Origin: Kofleriaceae bacterium
GTDB lineage: Bacteria; Myxococcota_A; Polyangia; Haliangiales; Haliangiaceae
Direction: 5' to 3'
Length of the DNA stretch: 19,905 nucleotides
Assembly (NCBI GenBank): GCA_046597055.1
Contig: JBKJLC010000279.1
Location: 1 to 19,905, forward strand
Shown here piece after piece: positions 12,250 through 19,905 of this stretch. A model generated the notes under the pieces. That model made no database searches, had not been told where the DNA came from, and saw only the letters and a program-made list of their open reading frames with translations. The position numbers were made by a program, and so were the translations under genes. Within the stretch, counting starts at the first letter, position 1. Every line of letters starts with the position of its first letter.

Positions 12250-13383
12250 TCAGACGCCGGCGGCGTCGACGGCGTCGTCGTAGCCGTCATAGCCGTCGTA
12301 GTCGTCGCGGTAGAGCGCACCGACTTTGCGGGTGATGAAGATCTCGATCAGCTCGGGATCGAACATGGTGCCCGCGTTCTTGCGCAGGAGCTTCTCGCAC
12401 TCCTCGATCGGCAGCGCGGCCTTGTACGGACGCTCGGTGGCCATCGCGTCGTAGGCGTCGGCGATGGCGACCATGCGCGCGGCGATCGGGATCTCGGTCG
12501 ACTTCATCCGATCGGGGTAGCCGTTGCCATCCCAGCGCTCGTGGTGGTTGCGCACCGCGCTCATGATCGGCGTGAGCATCTCGATCTTCGACGCGATCTC
12601 GTAGCCCTTCACCGGGTGCTCGCGCATGTGGATCCACTCATGCTCGTCGAGCGGGCCCGGCTTGAGCAGCACCGAGTCGCGGATGCCGATCTTGCCGATG
12701 TCGTGCAGGAACGCGCCGAACTCGAGGGTCTCGAGCCCGTCCTCGGGGTAACCAGCCTCCTTGGCGAGCACCAGGCAATATGCGGAGACCCGGCCGCAGT
12801 GGCCCTTGGTGTACGGATCCTTGGCCTCGATCGCCTCGGCCAGGCCGAACAGCGCCTGCCGGTTGGCCGCCTTGAGCTTGAGGTAGCTCTCTTCGAGCTC
12901 CTTGGTGCGCTCGCGCACGACCACGTCGAGCAAGGTCTGTCGGCGCTGCAGGCGCTCGTGATCGAGCCCGAGCCTGCGGACCAGCACGCGCTGCTCGTCG
13001 ACCAGGCCGAGCAACTTGAGGCCCTCGGCGACCAGCGCGACCACCCGGCTGCGCTCGCTGGCCCGGGCCACGAACCGCATGATCGTCCCGGCGTGGGCGG
13101 GACGGTAGTCGAGCTCGACCGCCTCGTCGGGCGTCGACACGATCACGATGCGCAGCGCGTCGGGGGCCGACGCGATCGTCGCCTCGAGAAAGGCGACGCC
13201 GTCGAGGCCGGGCGGCCGGTGGCCCGCGATGATGACATGGGGGGGCGCGCTGCGAATCCGTCGGAGCGCGTCGATGGCCGAGCCGGTGGTCTCGACCGTG
13301 ACGTCGAGACCACCGAGCAGCTCGGCGAGCTCGCCGGCCGCCTCGGCTTGATGATGGAGCACCAAGGCTCGGAAGCGCGCCAC
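12250..13383 (-). CDS. Pseudo-receiver + coiled coil + HD-GYP cyclic-dinucleotide phosphodiesterase (RpfG-like, 377 aa)
   Basis: Motifs [36 protein letters not shown] and RPYK. GTG start with TATACT 6 nt upstream. Confidence 0.93.
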   Translation of the reverse strand: MARFRALVLHHQAEAAGELAELLGGLDVTVETTGSAIDALRRIRSAPPHVIIAGHRPPGLDGVAFLEATIASAPDALRIVIVSTPDEAVELDYRPAHAGTIMRFVARASERSRVVALVAEGLKLLGLVDEQRVLVRRLGLDHERLQRRQTLLDVVVRERTKELEESYLKLKAANRQALFGLAEAIEAKDPYTKGHCGRVSAYCLVLAKEAGYPEDGLETLEFGAFLHDIGKIGIRDSVLLKPGPLDEHEWIHMREHPVKGYEIASKIEMLTPIMSAVRNHHERWDGNGYPDRMKSTEIPIAARMVAIADAYDAMATERPYKAALPIEECEKLLRKNAGTMFDPELIEIFITRKVGALYRDDYDGYDGYDDAVDAAGV

Positions 13384-13494
13384 GGACCGAGTATAGCGCC
13401 GGAAGGCGGTGCGGCGCCCTCGCCAAACGCGCCCCTACCTCCTCGGACGTACGCCGCGAGACAGTTCGCCGCCGTGCCGTATAGTGCGGACCGG
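13384..13494. promoter_or_regulatory. Divergent promoter region with -10 hexamers directly ahead of both start codons
   Basis: Minus-strand TATACT (13390-13395) is 6 nt from GTG 13383. Plus-strand TATAGT (13480-13485) is 9 nt from ATG 13495. No Shine-Dalgarno on either side. Confidence 0.65.
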
Positions 13495-15168
13495 ATGCAA
13501 GAGGTCACTGGCAACACGAGCGGGCTCAAGGCGAGCGAGCTGAAGGCGCTCGAGCGCGTGTATCGACGTCGGGTCGCGCCGAGCGAGGTCGTCAGCGTGG
13601 AGCTGGCGGGCTTCCTCGCCGAGATCTCGGCCGAGCTGCACCGCCAGGTCGGTGTGCTGATCGATCGCCGCGGCGAGATCACGCACGTCTTCGTCGGCGA
13701 TGCGTCGAAGATCACGCTGCCCGACGTCGGACGTCTGCGCGGTGCGGCCGGCCGCTTCCGCGGCCTGCGGCTGGTCCACACCCACCTCCGCGGTGAGTCG
13801 CTCACCCGCGACGACCTCACCGACCTCGCGCTCCTTCGCCTCGATCTGGTGTGCGCGATCGCGGTCGATACCGGCGGCCGCCCCGGCCGGATGTACATCG
13901 GCCACCTGCTGCCCGATGGTCCGGCCGATCGGCCGTGGCGCGAGCTGCCGCCCGAGCCGGCCCATGCGCCGGTGACCGACTTCGCCGAGCTGATCGCCTC
14001 GCTCGAGGCCGAGTACGGCAAAGGCCGGCGCGCGGCCGCGACCGATCGCGGCAAGGATCGCGCGCTGGTCGTGCACGTCGCGGTCGGCCGCGGCGTGCAG
14101 TCGGAGACCCGGATCGCCGAGGTCCGCGAGCTGTGCCGCACCGCCGGCGTGCGCGTGCTCGACGTGATGGTGCAGCGCCGGCCCACGGTCGATCCCAGGT
14201 TCCTGGTCGGGCGCGGCAAGCTCGACGAGATCCTGCTGCGCGCGATGCAGCTGGGCGCCGAGCTGGTGATCTTCGACCAGGACCTCACCCCCGGCCAGGC
14301 CCGCGCGATCAGCGACGCGACCGAGCTCAAGGTCGTCGATCGCACGATGCTGATCCTCGACATCTTCGCGCAGCACGCGACCAGCCGCGACGGCAAGCTG
14401 CAGGTCGAGCTGGCCCAGCTCAAGTACGCGCTGCCCCGCTTGATCGAGAAGAACACGATGATGTCGCGCCTGACCGGCGGCATCGGCGGCCGCGGTCCCG
14501 GCGAGACCAAGCTCGAGATCTCGCGCCGGCGCGCGCGCGATCGCATCCACCTGCTCGACAAGAAGCTCGGCGAGCTCGCCGACGATCGGCGCCTGCGCCG
14601 CCAGCGCCGCACCACCCGCGGCCTGCCGATCATCGCGATCTGCGGCTATACCAACGCCGGCAAGTCGACCCTTCTCAACGCGCTGACCGAGGGCGACGCG
14701 ATCGCGGCCGATAAGCTGTTCGCGACCCTGGATCCGGTCAGCCGCCGGCTGCGGTTCCCGCACGAGCGCGAGGTGATCATCACCGACACCGTGGGCTTCA
14801 TCCGCGAGCTGCCCAAGGATCTGGTGGCGGCGTTCCGCGCGACGCTCGAGGAGATGGCCGACGCCGATCTGCTGGTGCAAGTGGTCGACGCGTCGGACCC
14901 CGATCGCGACCAGCACATCGAGGCGGTCGGTACGATCTTGCGCGACCTCGAGCTGGCCGAGAAGCCGCGCATCCTGGTGTGGAACAAGGCGGACCGGCTG
15001 GTCGGGGAGGAGGCCGACCACCTCATCGACCACGGCAAGGGCTTCGTGGTGTCGGCCCTGGATCGGGCGACCTTCGGGCCGCTCCTGATGGCGATCGAGC
15101 GCGCGCTGTGGCGCGAGGGCAAGGACGTGGCGCCGTCGTGGCCGCAGCCGATGGTGCCGCAGGCCTGA
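13495..15168 (+). CDS. hflX: Ribosome-associated GTPase HflX, long form with N-terminal extension (557 aa)
   Basis: Motifs [35 protein letters not shown]1 [16 protein letters not shown]3 DTVG and G4 NKAD. Confidence 0.97.
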   Translation: MQEVTGNTSGLKASELKALERVYRRRVAPSEVVSVELAGFLAEISAELHRQVGVLIDRRGEITHVFVGDASKITLPDVGRLRGAAGRFRGLRLVHTHLRGESLTRDDLTDLALLRLDLVCAIAVDTGGRPGRMYIGHLLPDGPADRPWRELPPEPAHAPVTDFAELIASLEAEYGKGRRAAATDRGKDRALVVHVAVGRGVQSETRIAEVRELCRTAGVRVLDVMVQRRPTVDPRFLVGRGKLDEILLRAMQLGAELVIFDQDLTPGQARAISDATELKVVDRTMLILDIFAQHATSRDGKLQVELAQLKYALPRLIEKNTMMSRLTGGIGGRGPGETKLEISRRRARDRIHLLDKKLGELADDRRLRRQRRTTRGLPIIAICGYTNAGKSTLLNALTEGDAIAADKLFATLDPVSRRLRFPHEREVIITDTVGFIRELPKDLVAAFRATLEEMADADLLVQVVDASDPDRDQHIEAVGTILRDLELAEKPRILVWNKADRLVGEEADHLIDHGKGFVVSALDRATFGPLLMAIERALWREGKDVAPSWPQPMVPQA

Positions 15169-15217
15169 GAATCGCAGCCTCTGAGCCTGCGCCGGTTCGC
15201 AGCCCGGGTCCTGACCG

Positions 15218-16087
15218 CTACGACTCGGCCGGAGCCGGCTTGCCGACGAAGCCGATCGCGATCCCGACCACGATGATCGCGCCGCCGAGCGCGGCGTACC
15301 AGGGCGGCCGCTCGCCCAGGAACGCCCACGACAGGAGCGACGCGCCCAGCGGCTCGCCCAGGATGGCCAGGGCGACCAGGTGCGCCGGCGTGTGGCGCAC
15401 CGCGGCGTTGAGCAGCGTGTGGCCCCCGACCGAGGCGATCAGGGCGCTGGCGGCGATCGCGGCGTAGGCGCCGTTGGGCGCGCCGCCGAGCGGGATGCCG
15501 AGCACGAGCACGGTCGCGAGCAGGCCGACGCCGGCGACGCCGTTGACCGCGGCCAGGTACGGGAACAGCGGCAGCGCGGTGCGCAGGCTGCGACCGACCA
15601 CGAGGTAGCCGGCGGCGGCCGCGGCGCCCACGACCGCGAGGCCATCGCCGAGCAGCGCGTCACCGCCGGCCTGCCAGTCGCCGCCGGCGAGCACGGCGCA
15701 GCCGAGCACCGCGATCGCGATGCCGATCCACTCGCGGCGCGCGACCCGGTCCCCCAGGAACAGCCCGAACAGGGCCGCGAACACCGGATTGGTCGCCACC
15801 AGCGAGACCGACGCCGCGGTCGACGTGAGCGACAGCGAGGTGATCCACACGCCGAAGTGCACGCCGAGCAGCAGACCGGCCGCGACCACCAGCAGGCGCC
15901 CACGTCCGCTCAGCGTGGCGAGCGCAGCCAGCCGGGGCGCGCCGATCAGCGCCAGCGCCACCGCGGCGAGGCAGATGCGGAGGGCGGCGATCGCCATCGG
16001 TGCCACCGGGTCGGCGGCCTTGATCAGGGGCGCCGCGCCCGACAGCGCCAGGATCGCGAGCCCGAGGACATGGCGGGCGGGGCGCAC
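15218..16087 (-). CDS. EamA/DMT-family transporter (~289 aa)
   Basis: About 10 hydrophobic segments. Motifs HFGVWITSL..TS.AASV.LV.TNPVF, GDGLA, GHTLLNAA and LGEPLGASLL...FLGE. GTG at 16087 with TAGGCT 7 nt upstream. Confidence 0.92.
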   Translation of the reverse strand: MRPARHVLGLAILALSGAAPLIKAADPVAPMAIAALRICLAAVALALIGAPRLAALATLSGRGRLLVVAAGLLLGVHFGVWITSLSLTSTAASVSLVATNPVFAALFGLFLGDRVARREWIGIAIAVLGCAVLAGGDWQAGGDALLGDGLAVVGAAAAAGYLVVGRSLRTALPLFPYLAAVNGVAGVGLLATVLVLGIPLGGAPNGAYAAIAASALIASVGGHTLLNAAVRHTPAHLVALAILGEPLGASLLSWAFLGERPPWYAALGGAIIVVGIAIGFVGKPAPAES

Positions 16088-16168
16088 GGGCGGCAGCCTA
16101 CGCCAGCTACCGCCGCCACGGCGCGCTTGGGTCGCGGCGCCGGTCGTGCGACCATTGCCCGGCCGGCC

Positions 16169-17125
16169 TTGGGACTCGACGGCGCCATCCTGTTCGTCCA
16201 CCCCGACCGCAAGACCCAGCGGCAGGTCGGGCGCATCCTTGCCAGCAGCCTGCGGCCGGTGATCGCGGTCGACAGCCTCGACGACGCGAGCGCGCACCTC
16301 GACCAACCGACCGCGCTGGCGATCGTCTCGGCCCGGCTCGCCGAGAGCCCCCGCTACGCGGCATTCCGGCAGGCGACCGAGCTGGCCGGCGCGGTCAGCG
16401 TCGTGCTCGGCGAGGGCCCGCCGATCGCCATCCTGCCGATCGTCGCCAGCCACCGGCTGTGTCACGTCGCGTCGGCCGATCCGATGTCGCTCGCCGACGA
16501 GCTGCCGACGACGGTGCAGAAGCTCCTCCGCGGCGACGTGTTCGGACTCGAGAAATACCTGACCTGGGCGGCCGAGGTGTGCTCGACCGAGGTGGTCTCG
16601 ACCAGCGACCGGCGTCGGGCGCTGCTCGACCTGCAGGAGGCGCTCGACCCGCTCGGCCTGTCGCCGCGCCACGAGCGGCAGGCGACCTTGATCGCCGACG
16701 AGCTGCTGTCGAACGCGATCCACAACGCGCCGGTCGACGCCGCCGGCGACCACTACCTGCGCGAGGCGGCCCGCGATACCCACCGGCCGCTGACCGCGCG
16801 CGAGCAGCCGCGGCTTCGTTGGGGCTGCGACGGTCGCTACCTGGCGGTCGAGGTCACCGATCAGTGGGGCACGGTCGATCCTCAGATCCTGCGCCAGCAC
16901 ATCGGCAAGCTGACCGAACGCGACGGCGGCCCGCGCCAGGGCAGCGGCGGCGCCGGCCTCGGCCTGGCGATGGCCTACCAGGCCGCGAGCGCGCTGATCT
17001 ACAACCTCGCGCCCGCGCGCTCGGCCCAGGGGCTGGCGCTGATCGACCTGCGCGTCCGCCCCGACGGGCCCCGCGCGATGACACCCTCGTTCCACGTGTT
17101 CTACGAAGGATCTCATGAGCGCTAG
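16169..17125 (+). CDS. Pseudo-receiver + HATPase (RsbW/SpoIIAB-like Ser-kinase-type) protein (~318 aa)
   Basis: TTG start inferred. N-terminal ILFVHPD...AIVS receiver-like pattern, GDVFGLEKYL linker, N-box ADELLSNAIHNA, G1 VEVTDQWG and G2 GSGGAGLGL. No HisKA H-box seen. Confidence 0.8.
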   Translation: MGLDGAILFVHPDRKTQRQVGRILASSLRPVIAVDSLDDASAHLDQPTALAIVSARLAESPRYAAFRQATELAGAVSVVLGEGPPIAILPIVASHRLCHVASADPMSLADELPTTVQKLLRGDVFGLEKYLTWAAEVCSTEVVSTSDRRRALLDLQEALDPLGLSPRHERQATLIADELLSNAIHNAPVDAAGDHYLREAARDTHRPLTAREQPRLRWGCDGRYLAVEVTDQWGTVDPQILRQHIGKLTERDGGPRQGSGGAGLGLAMAYQAASALIYNLAPARSAQGLALIDLRVRPDGPRAMTPSFHVFYEGSHER

Positions 17126-17594
17126 CGGGATGACCGTCGAGCGCCTGCCCGGCCGGTTGATCCTGAGCGGTCGCCTGGACGAGCGGGCGCGCCTGCCCGA
17201 GGTGGCTGCGTCGATCCCGGACGGCACCGCCCTCGCGATCGATCTGGCCGACGTCGCCTACATCAACTCGCTGGGCGTGCGCGACTGGGTCGTGTTCCTG
17301 CGCCGGCTCGGCGAGCGCCGGGTCACGGTCGCGCTCGAGCGCTGCGCCGAGGTGATGATCTTGCAGATGAACATGATCAACGGCGCGCGCGGCGCGGCGA
17401 CGGTGGTCTCGTTCCACGCGCCGTTCGCCTGCGAGACGTGCGGGTGGGAGGGGCCGCAGCTGGTGGTCAGCGAGCGGGTCAAGCCGGCCCTGGCGGCCGG
17501 ACAGACGCCCGAGGCGCCCTGCCCCGAGTGCGGCGCCGTCAGCCGGTTCGCCGACTTCATCGACCGGTACTTCTTGTTTCTGGCCGGGGGCTGA
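17115..17594 (+). CDS. STAS (anti-anti-sigma-like) domain protein with C-terminal zinc ribbon (159 aa)
   Basis: LILSGRLDE and IDLADVAYINSLGVRDW (STAS phospho-Ser motif), followed by CETC...CPEC. Overlaps the upstream gene by 11 bp. Confidence 0.88.
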   Translation: MSASGMTVERLPGRLILSGRLDERARLPEVAASIPDGTALAIDLADVAYINSLGVRDWVVFLRRLGERRVTVALERCAEVMILQMNMINGARGAATVVSFHAPFACETCGWEGPQLVVSERVKPALAAGQTPEAPCPECGAVSRFADFIDRYFLFLAGG

Positions 17595-17647
17595 CGGGCG
17601 TCCTTCGACACGCGCACCCTGCGGGCGCGCGGCTCAGGACGAACGGT

Positions 17648-17711
17648 GGCGGGTGCGTCTGCGGCGGGTGCGTCTGCGGCGGGTGCGTCTGCGGCGGGCG
17701 TGTCTGCGGCG
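17648..17711. repeat. Intergenic 15-bp tandem repeat GGCGGGTGCGTCTGC x4
   Basis: Three exact copies (17648-17692), one variant GGCGGGCGTGTCTGC and a partial GGCG, between convergent genes. Confidence 0.92.
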
Positions 17712-17731
17712 AGCCAGCAGCCGCGAGCCGG

Positions 17732-18937
17732 TCAGCGGCGCTTGATCGGGGCCGTGTCGAGGCGATCGTTGCGATCGAGCCAGAACACGCCGCCGAGGCG
17801 GTCGTCGTCCCAGGGGACGTGGACGGGCTCGGCGTCGCCGGCCGGCGTCTCGCCGTAGCTGTCTTCGTCCCAGCCGACCGCGGCACCCGCGCGGACGACC
17901 AGGACGCGTCTGGCGCCGCGCGCCTGCTTCCAGCCCTTGGCGGGCTCGAGCTGCCACGTGCTGCGCAGGCGCTTGCCGGCGTGCGCCTTGCCGAGCTCGA
18001 TCGCGCCGACCTGCTGGAGCGTGCCGTTGCCGCCGGTCCAGAGGGTCAGCAGGTCGCGCACGCCGTCGCCGCCGCGCTGACGGACGTGGGCCGCGATCAG
18101 GCGGGTGCCGTCGCCGCGCAGATCGATCAGCTCGACCTTGACGACGTCGGCCGCGCGGTCGACCGGTAGCTTGATGAAGCCGTAGCGCTCGGTGAGCAGC
18201 GCGATCACGGTGCCGCCGGCGACCACGCGTTCGGGGCCCGGCGACGACCGATCGACGTCGGCCTTGGCGTCGAGGGTCAGCTGGGCCTTGGTCAGGCGGG
18301 TCTCGGTGAGCAGGCCGGCGAGGAGATCGGTCGCGTTGCCGACCACCAGCTCGCCCGCCCACGTCACCTCGTGCTCGTTGAGCGCCAGGTCGGGCACGTC
18401 GGCGTCGAGCAGGCGCACGGTCGCATCCAGGGTGGGTGCGCCCGGCGACCAGCCGGTCACCCGACGGACCGGGATGCTCAGCTCGACCGACCAGCCCCTG
18501 GGCTGCAGGGTGTCCTCGATCAGGAGCGCCTTGTCGGTCAGCTTCTTGCCGGCGAGCAGGCGGGCCGGGCTGACCTTGCCGACCCCGGGAAACAGCGCGA
18601 GGCCGACGCCGGGCAGCCCGATCACGAGGTGGTCGTGACCGGCCGGCTTGCGCGGGTCGAGGCTGGGCTTGCGGATCACCCGCTCGTCGCGGACGTCGAC
18701 CGACAGGTAGACGCGGTCACCGTCGAACAGGCAGCGGACGTCGAAGCTGGCGTCGCGCTCGGCGCCGCCGGCGCGGGCCCGGGCCACCCCTTGCCAGTCG
18801 TCGAGCATGCCGTCGATCTCGACCGAACCGGGTTCGGCGGCGACACAGACCAGGGGCGCGGCGGCGGCGGACCGGGCGGTGGCGACCACGGCCGGGACCG
18901 CCAGGGCAAGCACAAACACCGCGCGCGTCGACCTCAT
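17732..18937 (-). CDS. Secreted protein with N-terminal CBM9/DOMON-like sugar-binding domain (401 aa)
   Basis: Signal peptide MRSTRAVFVLALAVPAVVATARSAAAA. Pattern IDGMLDDW...FDGDRVYLSVDVRDE...GWSVELSIP. C-terminal DLRGDG is FG-GAP-like. Confidence 0.78.
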   Translation of the reverse strand: MRSTRAVFVLALAVPAVVATARSAAAAPLVCVAAEPGSVEIDGMLDDWQGVARARAGGAERDASFDVRCLFDGDRVYLSVDVRDERVIRKPSLDPRKPAGHDHLVIGLPGVGLALFPGVGKVSPARLLAGKKLTDKALLIEDTLQPRGWSVELSIPVRRVTGWSPGAPTLDATVRLLDADVPDLALNEHEVTWAGELVVGNATDLLAGLLTETRLTKAQLTLDAKADVDRSSPGPERVVAGGTVIALLTERYGFIKLPVDRAADVVKVELIDLRGDGTRLIAAHVRQRGGDGVRDLLTLWTGGNGTLQQVGAIELGKAHAGKRLRSTWQLEPAKGWKQARGARRVLVVRAGAAVGWDEDSYGETPAGDAEPVHVPWDDDRLGGVFWLDRNDRLDTAPIKRR

Positions 18938-18945
18938 GGGACTAG

Positions 18946-18971
18946 GACACCACCCGGCCGGGCGGGATTCA
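18946..18971 (-). promoter_or_regulatory. Candidate ECF promoter TGAAT-N18-GTC for the secreted protein gene
   Basis: Minus-strand GAAT (18970-18967), an 18-nt spacer and GTC (18948-18946), with the ATG 8 nt further on. Confidence 0.45.
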
Positions 18972-18986
18972 ACGGGCCTACACCCG

Positions 18987-19012
18987 TGGTATAGGTTCGG
19001 ACCCTCAAGGAG
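18987..19012 (+). promoter_or_regulatory. ffh extended -10-like element and Shine-Dalgarno
   Basis: TGGTATAGGT at 18987-18996 and AAGGAG at 19007-19012, 6 nt before GTG 19019. Confidence 0.6.
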
Positions 19013-19018
19013 CCCGTA

Positions 19019-19905
19019 GTGTTCGAGACCATCACCAAAGGCTTTCGCTCGGCCAAGCAACGGCTCACCGGCAAGGCCGAGCTCGACGACGATGTGATCG
19101 ACGAGGCCCTGCGCGACGTCCGCCTCAGCTTGCTGGAGGCCGACGTCGAGTTCCGGGTGGTCAAGCGCTTCATGGAGCGCGTCAAGGAGGCGGCCCGCGG
19201 CGAGCAGATCAAGCTCAAGGCGCGCTCCGAGGAGTACGGGGTCCAGCGCATCACCCCCGAGCAGGCCTTCATCGCCATCTGTCAGGACGAGCTGACGAAG
19301 ATGATGGGGCCGGTCGACACCGAGTTCCGGTGGGCGAAGAAGGGCCCGACCGGGATCATGATGGTCGGCCTCCAGGGCTCGGGCAAGACGACCTCGGTCG
19401 GCAAGCTGGCCCGCTGGCTCGAGAAGACCCACAAGAAGAAGCCGCTGCTGGTCGCCGCCGACGTCTACCGTCCGGCTGCCGTCGAGCAGCTGAAGACGCT
19501 CGGCCGCACGCTGGCAATGCCGGTGTTCTCGATCCCGGGCGCCGACCCGGTGACGATCTGCAAGGCGGCCGCGGCCCAGGCCGCGATCGAGGGCTGCGAC
19601 GTCATCATCTATGACACCGCCGGCCGGCTCGCGATCGACGAGCCGCTGATGCAGGAGCTCGAGGACATCGACAAGGCCGCGCAGCCGGCCAACATCTTCC
19701 TGGTCCTCGATGCGATGACCGGCCAGGACGCGGTCAATGTCGCCGAGACGTTCAACAACCGGTTGAACCTCGACGGCATCATCATGACCAAGCTCGACGG
19801 CGACGCGCGCGGTGGCGCGGCGCTGTCGGTCAAGGCGGTCACGGGCAAGCCGATCCTGTTCGCCTCGACGGGGGAGAAGCTCGACCAGTTCGAGCGCTTC
19901 CACCC
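19019..19905 (+). CDS. ffh: Signal recognition particle protein Ffh (SRP54), 5' part, runs off the window
   Basis: MFETITKGF...LRDVRLSLLEADV...MVGLQGSGKTT..GKLA, AADVYRPAAVEQL, DTAGR, DAMTGQDAV and TKLDGDARGGAALS. Missing from the ORF track because there is no stop in the window. Confidence 0.97.
   Translation, partial: MFETITKGFRSAKQRLTGKAELDDDVIDEALRDVRLSLLEADVEFRVVKRFMERVKEAARGEQIKLKARSEEYGVQRITPEQAFIAICQDELTKMMGPVDTEFRWAKKGPTGIMMVGLQGSGKTTSVGKLARWLEKTHKKKPLLVAADVYRPAAVEQLKTLGRTLAMPVFSIPGADPVTICKAAAAQAAIEGCDVIIYDTAGRLAIDEPLMQELEDIDKAAQPANIFLVLDAMTGQDAVNVAETFNNRLNLDGIIMTKLDGDARGGAALSVKAVTGKPILFASTGEKLDQFERFH

Noticed and set aside
12541..13494. 875-aa HflX fusion suggested by the ORF track
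   Set aside because: The extra part is antisense to the HD-GYP gene. ATG 13495 has its own -10 element.
15380..17227. Long mutually overlapping ORFs 15380..17125 (+) and 15218..17227 (-)
   Set aside because: Each is a real gene plus the antisense shadow of its divergent neighbour. True starts are about 16169 (+) and 16087 (-).
17648..17711. Repeat as a CRISPR array or as a GGCVC-repeat RiPP/metallothionein-like peptide
   Set aside because: Units are directly adjacent with no spacers and there are no cas genes. The GGCVC frame (17438..18169) has no nearby start, overlaps two real genes, and has no modifying enzymes nearby.
18938..19903. N-terminal extension of ORF 17732..19903
   Set aside because: It is antisense to ffh. 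The real start is ATG 18937, which begins a signal peptide.

Overview
High-GC bacterial chromosomal window, most likely from a myxobacterium (Myxococcota). The assignment is inferred from a FrzS orthologue and the ald-ECF sigma-anti-sigma-frzS gene order known from Myxococcus xanthus. Gene order: 3' end of a Cys-rich protein; small hypothetical; secA with two insertions; Cys-motif hypothetical; ald; ECF sigma (RpoE1-like); zinc anti-sigma; giant FrzS (1389 aa); convergent pseudo-receiver/HD-GYP phosphodiesterase; long-form hflX; EamA/DMT transporter; pseudo-receiver/RsbW-like HATPase plus STAS/zinc-ribbon pair; 15-bp tandem repeat; secreted CBM9/DOMON-like protein; 5' part of ffh. I found no mobile element, CRISPR array or RNA gene. 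The most interesting signals are (i) FrzS expanded by a His-registered 11-residue (hendecad) coiled coil, (ii) a repeated GAAT-N18-GT[A/C] ECF-type promoter motif upstream of the sigma gene itself, secA and the secreted protein, (iii) an orphan partner-switching kinase/STAS-Zn pair, (iv) widespread leaderless-type TANNNT-N6-9-start architecture, and (v) an apparent helical-wing duplication in SecA. All family assignments come from motif recognition; no searches were run.
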